Shown here: positions 28,800-35,329 of the stretch, piece by piece
Position numbering within the stretch: position 1 is the stretch's first letter
Layout: each line of letters starts with the position of its first letter
From: Octopus bimaculoides
Lineage: Eukaryota
Assembly (NCBI RefSeq): GCF_001194135.2
Contig: NC_068987.1
Coordinates: forward strand, 74,399,991 to 74,435,319
DNA: 35,329 nucleotides
Reading direction: 5' to 3'
Made by a program: the position numbers and the translations under genes
The notes under the pieces: generated by a model
What the model was told of the DNA's origin: nothing
Database searches by the model: none
What the model saw: the letters and a program-made list of their open reading frames with translations, nothing else

Positions 28800-30775
28800 T
28801 GCCAAGCCTTGGTTTCGCGAACAAAGATCTATGAACAGAGCCGTCCATGTAAGATTGCAGGCTCACGGGTGGCTGACAGGACAATACCTGACACAAGCTG
28901 GCAAGACCACAGCAGCTAGAAAAGTCTATTCTGGACTCGGAGTTACTATTTACAGTTCTTTCTCAGTCAGTTTTTTCTCTCTCAAGATCAGCCCTGAGTG
29001 TGTTCCTGAAGAAGAGACCCTGGTAAATTGTATATCATGAGCCCTTGTGAATATAGGCTATAGTAGACACTTGATGATATTCATCGTGACACACACGAAG
29101 GATTTCTCCTGAGTATTCTTGTGCTTTTTCATTAGTAACCCTCATTGACGTTGTGACAGCTAGTGGACACTTCACCACACAGCCCAACCTTATGCAGGCG
29201 TTGAAACTCTCTTCTGGGATGTATCATACTCAGACTTTTCCAAAATCTGCCAAACGCTGATTTTACTTATGCTACTCTATTGTCAGCCTCTTTGCCAACC
29301 ATGGCACTGACGAAACGATGTACCTCAGGCTGTTGAAATTGTGGACTATCTTAGTTTTGTCTGGCGATGGTGATGCAGAGAGGGCGGTAATCTTCTGAAG
29401 GTGTGATAGGTGAAGACCTTTTGACTTCTTTAACCTGGTTTCAATCCCGAAGAGCTCAGTAACTTCTATGAAGTAGGATTTTATACACTGATTCTTGTGG
29501 AAAGCAAGTGTAGTACCTCTTGGATGAATATTTCCAATGTTTTGATGTGGAATTGTTGTCAGCTCAAGTTGAGGTGGTTGCCGTTCGTGCAATATTGAAT
29601 AGAAAACCATCCTGTTCATCGAGGTCTTCTGTGGTCCTCGCGAGTATCACACTGAAGAAGATGCTGAAGCGAACATACATGAGGATACAGCCTAGCTTTA
29701 CATCGTTTGCTTTTGCGAAGGGCTAGAGATTTTATTGTTGTATTTGACTTGTCCACGCTGATTCTCATATAGCTGAAGAACCACGTTGAGGAACTGGAGA
29801 GGGACGGCTTAGTCGTTCGATAATTCTTCACAAACTCTTCCTGTTCACTGTGCGTGTGTGTGTGTGTGTGCAAACCAAATCTAATACACACAAAAATAAA
29901 CAAGACCTTTTCTAAGGTCTACAAACTTCACGAGCAGATTCTTGTTCTGTTCGCTGCATTTTTCTTGCAGTCGACTAAGCACAAATTCTATGTCAGTGAT
30001 GCTCCTGTTGGCTTCGAATCCATATTGGTCCTCTGAGAGGTGTTCATCCACAACGACACATACTAGTCTTTTCCAGAGTACCACAAGATTCTTCTTGTGA
30101 GGAAGAACTGTGTTGTACTCCAGTAGTAGGAGCTATCTGTCTCCTCGCCCCATTTGTCTTGTAAAGAGTAATAATGACATCACAAAGATCTGGTGGTAGT
30201 TTGATTTTATTCCCAGAAGCAGATAATGAACTGATGAAGCTTAGTGAGCAATGTAGATTTAATTCTTCCAAATATCTGCTGGAATTTCATCAACCTTATT
30301 ACCTTACAACTTTTCAACTGCTCTATAGCATTGGTAGTCCCGTTGATGGTTTGAATCTCGCCCAGATGTTTTCTCCGGTTGTAGCAAGATGCAGTAAAAT
30401 ACCGAATCACGGACCATACGGTTGGTGCTGAGAAGGGCTTAGAAATGCTCCAACCATTAGTTGAGGATGGTAGTCTTGTCTGTAAAGTTTGCTTGTTTGC
30501 CTGCGCTTCGCAAAGGACTCTTCAGGGCTTCATAAAAGCCTTCTAATATTAGCACAAAACTGAGTTCTTATTGCAAGGCTGGTCTACCACATGTTCTGAA
30601 CCTCTCGAGACTTGCACCGGAGGTTGCTGTATACACAGCAGAAGGCTGCTTTCTTAACAAGACAAGATGGCCGAATAAGGGGTGTCTGGTAGGCATATAT
30701 CTTTTCAACTAGCAAATCCTGGATTTCCTGTTTATTTCGATCCAGCCAATTAGTCTACATGCGTAGAATTTAACT
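28800..30775 (-). mobile_element. Decayed RTE-BovB-like LINE (post-endonuclease linker, RT, C-terminal Cys/His remnant)
   Basis: GLDRNKQEIQDLL (~30700-30750), KLPPDLCDVIITLYK, SEDQYGFEANRSITDIEFVLSRLQEKCSEQNK..FVDL, ELFGIETRLKK, C..CG...SH-like tail (~28850-28920); many stops and frameshifts. Confidence 0.85.
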
Positions 30776-30943
30776 TTTTAGACTAAATTATATAATCCAA
30801 TCATTTCGTCTGCACCGAGTTCTTTCTATAGTGTCTGGTTATTCTTCTTTATTGAATAAACATTAACAGAATGGTACATATAGATACATACACGCTTACA
30901 TACAAACATACATACATACATACATAATACATACATACATACA

Positions 30944-31325
30944 TTGTTGTTGGCATCCTTTTGTCTCGGTAGACAATGGAGTTGCGCATAAACTAATCCA
31001 GTCTGGTTTTTACATTTCATGTCTTCTCCAGTTTCCTCTCCAGTTTTGCGCAGGCCTGGGCTAGATGTAAGAAAATCCTGGGTAGCCCAAATCGTCAGGA
31101 TTCCTCTCTCGATCTTGCTGACGTAGTCCAAAGGAGTGCAGAGCATTGCGTTTGGCACGAGCTTGGTTGCAGGAGCTGCCGGAAGAGTGTCGAGTCGAAC
31201 ACTAAACCACCTGATTTTTTTTTAAGGTTGTCTCCTTTCCGTAACTCTGGATAGGGGCCCATACTGAGTACTGTCAGCCGGAGCCAGCTGAGCCCGGGAC
31301 TCGTGTCAGGCAGGGTCGTTACTCT
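30944..31325 (-). mobile_element. Short non-coding RTE-related element (probable bipartite SINE) with (CAA)n tail
   Basis: Minus-strand 3' end ccattgtctaccgagacaaaaggatgccaacaac; GC-rich body resembling RTE untranslated sequence; 5' boundary approximate. Confidence 0.55.
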
Positions 31326-31769
31326 CTGAAGTAGTGAAGCAAATCGCTACCCACTACCTACATTATTACTCTACCCAGATTACAAGTTCAGGTTTATACC
31401 TGCAATTATTGGGGCACTGCCTAAGTATCAATCTTGAGAAATTAGGCTTCTCAAAACCAAAGGAGAAAGCTGATCCGAAGACTACAGATCCAAGCCATCA
31501 TTGGAACCGTAAAAATTTGTAAAACTTTCCAGCATATCGTTTAAGTATGTATGAGTATATCTAGATATGCAAGTATATGCATAAGAAAACATACATAAAA
31601 CAAAACATAAAAATCTGCACATGCATTGACTCCAAATATTGCAAATATACACACGCACACATGCAAAAATAGCTTGTTGATGTTGTTGAAATTCCATTGA
31701 ATTAGATCTAGGTTAGAAACCGGCTCTTTCTCTATTGGCAAAAAATCTTGCTATAAAACTGAATAAAGA

Positions 31770-31833
31770 CATACATACATACATACATATATACATACAT
31801 ACATACATACATACATACATACATACATACATA
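31770..31833. repeat. (CATA)n microsatellite (similar runs at ~30885-30943 and ~35045-35115)
   Basis: Read directly. Confidence 0.95.
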
Positions 31834-31877
31834 CAATTTTAAAGTTAATTGTAACCTTGTGAGTGAGTACCTAAACG

Positions 31878-32043
31878 TACTAGCGTAGCTAGAGTGTGTG
31901 CCATCCAGGGCGGCCCTTCAGTTTGGCACCCCTGGGACCCCACAAAATATACATATTCCCTACAACAGACCCAAAATTGGTGCCGCCCCCATAAAAGTGC
32001 CACTCGGAGCGGACCCCTCCGCCCCATTCTAGCTACGCTTGTG
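31878..32043. mobile_element. GC-rich hAT-like MITE, 166 bp
   Basis: 18-bp TIR with 2 mismatches (actagcgtagctagagtg / cattctagctacgcttgt); decayed 8-bp flanking duplication cctaaacg / cctaaaga. Confidence 0.7.
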
Positions 32044-32655
32044 CCTAAAGAACGTGTAACGATAAGAAAATTTCTGAGTTTTGGTAATCAACAGTGTGAT
32101 NNNNNNNNNNNNNNTAGCATATCGAGTTTCGTGGTGAGGTCTTCACATGCCGTGTTCATTTAGCTGTTTCACTATAAATCTACGCATGCGGAAACGGGCA
32201 AAACAGCCGTTCATTTTCACTGTTAGACAGTGAGATGGGGTGATCAATTTTGGAGATTTTCATAAAAAATTTGAAATGAAACTTTGTCCTCCCCCCGCAT
32301 ATCTTAATCTCCGTATCTTCCCACGTAGATTGAAAAGACAAATTTCGAAAAAAGTTAAAAATAAAAAATTGGACGGGGTGGGGAATGGGGAATTAAAAAT
32401 TGGTTTTTGCATATTCGGAATCTCCGTCATCGAAAACACCATGGCAATCACGTCTTATTTTTCGGCGTAATGAATCTAGGACTACATTATTTTTAGGGTT
32501 GAAAAGTATGAATTGTGGGAGATTGGGCTGCTATTTCTAACAGATCGAATGATCACATGGATGGTGGTAGTGTGGGTGACGTAGCTTAGATAACGACGGC
32601 GTGTGTGTATGTATGTGTATGTGTGTGTGTATGTTTATGTGTATGTGTGTGTGTA

Positions 32656-32703
<48 letters not shown>

Positions 32704-32936
32704 NNNNNNNNNNNNNNNNNNNNNNNNNNNNNNNNNNNNNNNNNNNNNNNNNNNNNNNNNNNNNNNNNNNNNNNNNNNNNNNNNNNNNNNNNNNNNNNNN
32801 NNNNNNNNNNNNNNNNNNNNNNNNNNNNNNNNNNNNNNNNNNNNNNNNNNNNNNNNNNNNNNNNNNNNNNNNNNNNNNNNNNNNNNNNNNNNNNNNNNNN
32901 NNNNNNNNNNNNNNNNNNNNNNNNNNNNNNNNNNNN

Positions 32937-33231
32937 AGCCTTGTGAGTGGATTTGGTAGACGGAAACTGAAAGAAGTCAGTCGTATATATGTATATATAT
33001 ATGTGCGTGTATATGTTTATGTGTCTGTGTTTGTCCCCCCAGCATCGCTTGACAACCGATGCTGGTGTGCTTACGTCCCCGTAACTTAGCGGTTCGGCAA
33101 ACGAGACCGATAGAATAAGTACTAGGCTTCCAAAGAATAAGTCCTGGGTCGATTTACTCGACTAAAGGCGGTGCTCCAGCATGGCCGCAGTCAAATGACT
33201 GAAACAAGTAAAAGAGTAAAAGAGTAAAAGA
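32937..33231 (+). mobile_element. Octopus-type SINE body and 3' end with (TAAAAGAG)n tail
   Basis: Inverted counterpart of 34637-34930. Confidence 0.88.
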
Positions 33232-33862
33232 TATATATATATGTATGTATATGTATACACACATATATATACACGCACACATACATATATTCATGCATAC
33301 ATACATACAAACACACACACACACACATATATGTATGTATACGCACGTATACCTAACTATATACACGTACATATAACCTTGTGTGTTTGTGTGTATATGT
33401 GTATGCATGTGCGCGCGCGTGTGAATGGCATGTGTGTTTGGGGTGGGTGAGCGTATGTTTAGTGAGGTATCGGCATTCGGAATTGAATACAAAAAAAAGA
33501 AACAATCCCGCTACCACCACCACCATCACAATTGCCTCCCCCATCAATGTTATCTTATTTGTCGACACTATCCGACCCATTCCCTACGCCACCGTAATCT
33601 GTCGCCATCCCGGTCAGCTTTAAACGAACCTTGTAAATTCAGGTAAGTTAATAAAAATATAAAATAAAATAGAATAAAATCAAGCTTGATTTCAAAGTTG
33701 TCAAACACAGGTGTTGTTGAAATGGAATATCTTACGGCTCCTGCATTCTTTTAGAATATATTTTTTTAGTTTCTTCTTCGTTATTTTGTTTGCTTTTGTT
33801 TGTGTGTTGCTTAGATTCTAGCTTTCTGTCTTGTTTATTTTTGTGTGTATTAGATTTGGTTT

Positions 33863-33914
<52 letters not shown>

Positions 33915-34248
33915 GCACACACTCAGACACACACACACACACACAAACACACACATGCACATACACGCACATACATGCATATGTGTATACCTATACGTAT
34001 ACATAAATATATGTGTATACATATGCATATATATATATATATATACGTACATTATATATTTATATACATAAAGATATATATATATATGTATATATACATA
34101 TATATGTGTACATACATATATACATACACACACACGCACACACTTATACACACTAGAAATATACATACATATATGCATGCATACATACATACATACATAC
34201 ACATACATGCATATATATACCTATATATATACCTATATATATGTATAA

Positions 34249-34298
<50 letters not shown>

Positions 34299-34607
34299 NN
34301 NNNNNNNNNNNNNNNNNNNNNNNNNNNNNNNNNNNNNNNNNNNNNNNNNNNNNNNNNNNNNNNNNNNNNNNNNNNNNNNNNNNNNNNNNNNNNNNNNNNN
34401 NNNNNNNNNNNNNNNNNNNNNNNNNNNNNNNNNNNNNNNNNNNNNNNNNNNNNNNNNNNNNNNNNNNNNNNNNNNNNNNNNNNNNNNNNNNNNNNNNNNN
34501 NNNNNNNNNNNNNNNNNNNNNNNNNNNNNNNNNNNNNNNNNNNNNNNNNNNNNNNNNNNNNNNNNNNNNNNNNNNNNNNNNNNNNNNNNNNNNNNNNNNN
34601 NNNATAA

Positions 34608-34636
<29 letters not shown>
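33232..34636. repeat. Low-complexity AT/AC microsatellite field, including (CA)n at 33864-33910 and an N gap, with a unique island at ~33420-33830
   Basis: Read directly; source of the HTHT/YIYI/CVCV ORFs. Confidence 0.9.
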
Positions 34637-34638
<2 letters not shown>

Positions 34639-34978
34639 CTCTTACTTGTTTCAGTCATTTGACTGCGGCCATGCTGGAGCACCGCCTTTAATCGAGCAAA
34701 TCGACCCCAGGACTTATTCTTTGTAAGCCTAGTACTTATTCTATCGGTCACTTTTACCGAACCGCTACGTTACGGGGACGTAAACACACCAGCATCGGTT
34801 GTCAAGCGATGTTGGGGGTACAAACACAGACACACAAAAACACACACACATATGTATACACATACATATATACGATAGACTTCTTTCAGTTTCCGTCTAC
34901 CAGATTCCACTCACAAGGCTTTGGTCGGCCCGAGGCTATAGTAGAAGACACTTGCCCAAGGTGCCACGCAGTGGGACA
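34637..34978 (-). mobile_element. Octopus-type SINE, inverted relative to 32937-33231
   Basis: High-identity alignment with the copies at 21712 and 33021. Confidence 0.88.
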
Positions 34979-35055
34979 CATAAATATGTGTACATACATA
35001 TATATACATATTCACACACACACACACTTATACGCACACATACCACATACATACA

Positions 35056-35116
<61 letters not shown>

Positions 35117-35329
35117 GCACAAACACACACATATCAGATTAACGAGGGTTAGAAATCCGAGCGGTTTTCCCAGTCAGTACTCCTGCAAATACTGGCTAAC
35201 AAAGTGCATAGAAATAGAGAGTTTTCCTTTAAAACCGTTCCAAACAAATTGATATTCCGGGGACAATCTATTAGTCGCGGAGTATAACACATTACGATCG
35301 TTTCAACAGTGTATAGTTCACATTTATCA

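Noticed and set aside
32115-32510. Possible DNA-transposon end right of the small gap
   Set aside because: No TIR pair, TSD or coding remnant could be established within the window.
33154-35252. His/Thr/Tyr/Ile/Cys/Val-repeat ORFs
   Set aside because: Translations of (CA)n, (TA)n and (CATA)n microsatellites and SINE sequence.

Overview
AT-rich, repeat-dense animal genomic DNA with six N gaps. The SINE families and microsatellite landscape look like a coleoid cephalopod, most likely Octopus (inferred from repeat recognition, not a database search). Bases 1-~23.3 kb hold 17 coding exons of a + strand VCP/p97/CDC48 (TER94) AAA+ ATPase gene (3105-22359). These give 763 codons plus the stop; the first ~43 codons lie upstream of the window. 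All introns are GT-AG and the frame is intact through both Walker A/B motifs, the arginine fingers and the C-terminal HbYX tail (DDLYS). The protein carries many substitutions at positions normally conserved in p97, so it may be a divergent paralog. Introns contain antisense RTE LINE fragments, a Penelope-like element, a TTAA-flanked piggyBac-like MITE and several SINE copies. The last ~12 kb is intergenic: tRNA-derived SINEs, a decayed RTE-BovB LINE, a pogo transposase remnant, a Helitron-like element, a hAT-like MITE, long microsatellites and an ~810-bp foldback element with a head-to-head telomeric palindrome at its apex. No rRNA, true tRNA or CRISPR array is supported. No complete new multi-gene system is visible. 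The best leads are the telomere-cored foldback, the divergent p97, a 44/45-bp intronic duplex enclosing two in-frame exons, a CpG-decay footprint of gene-body methylation, and a templated insertion at a LINE deletion junction.
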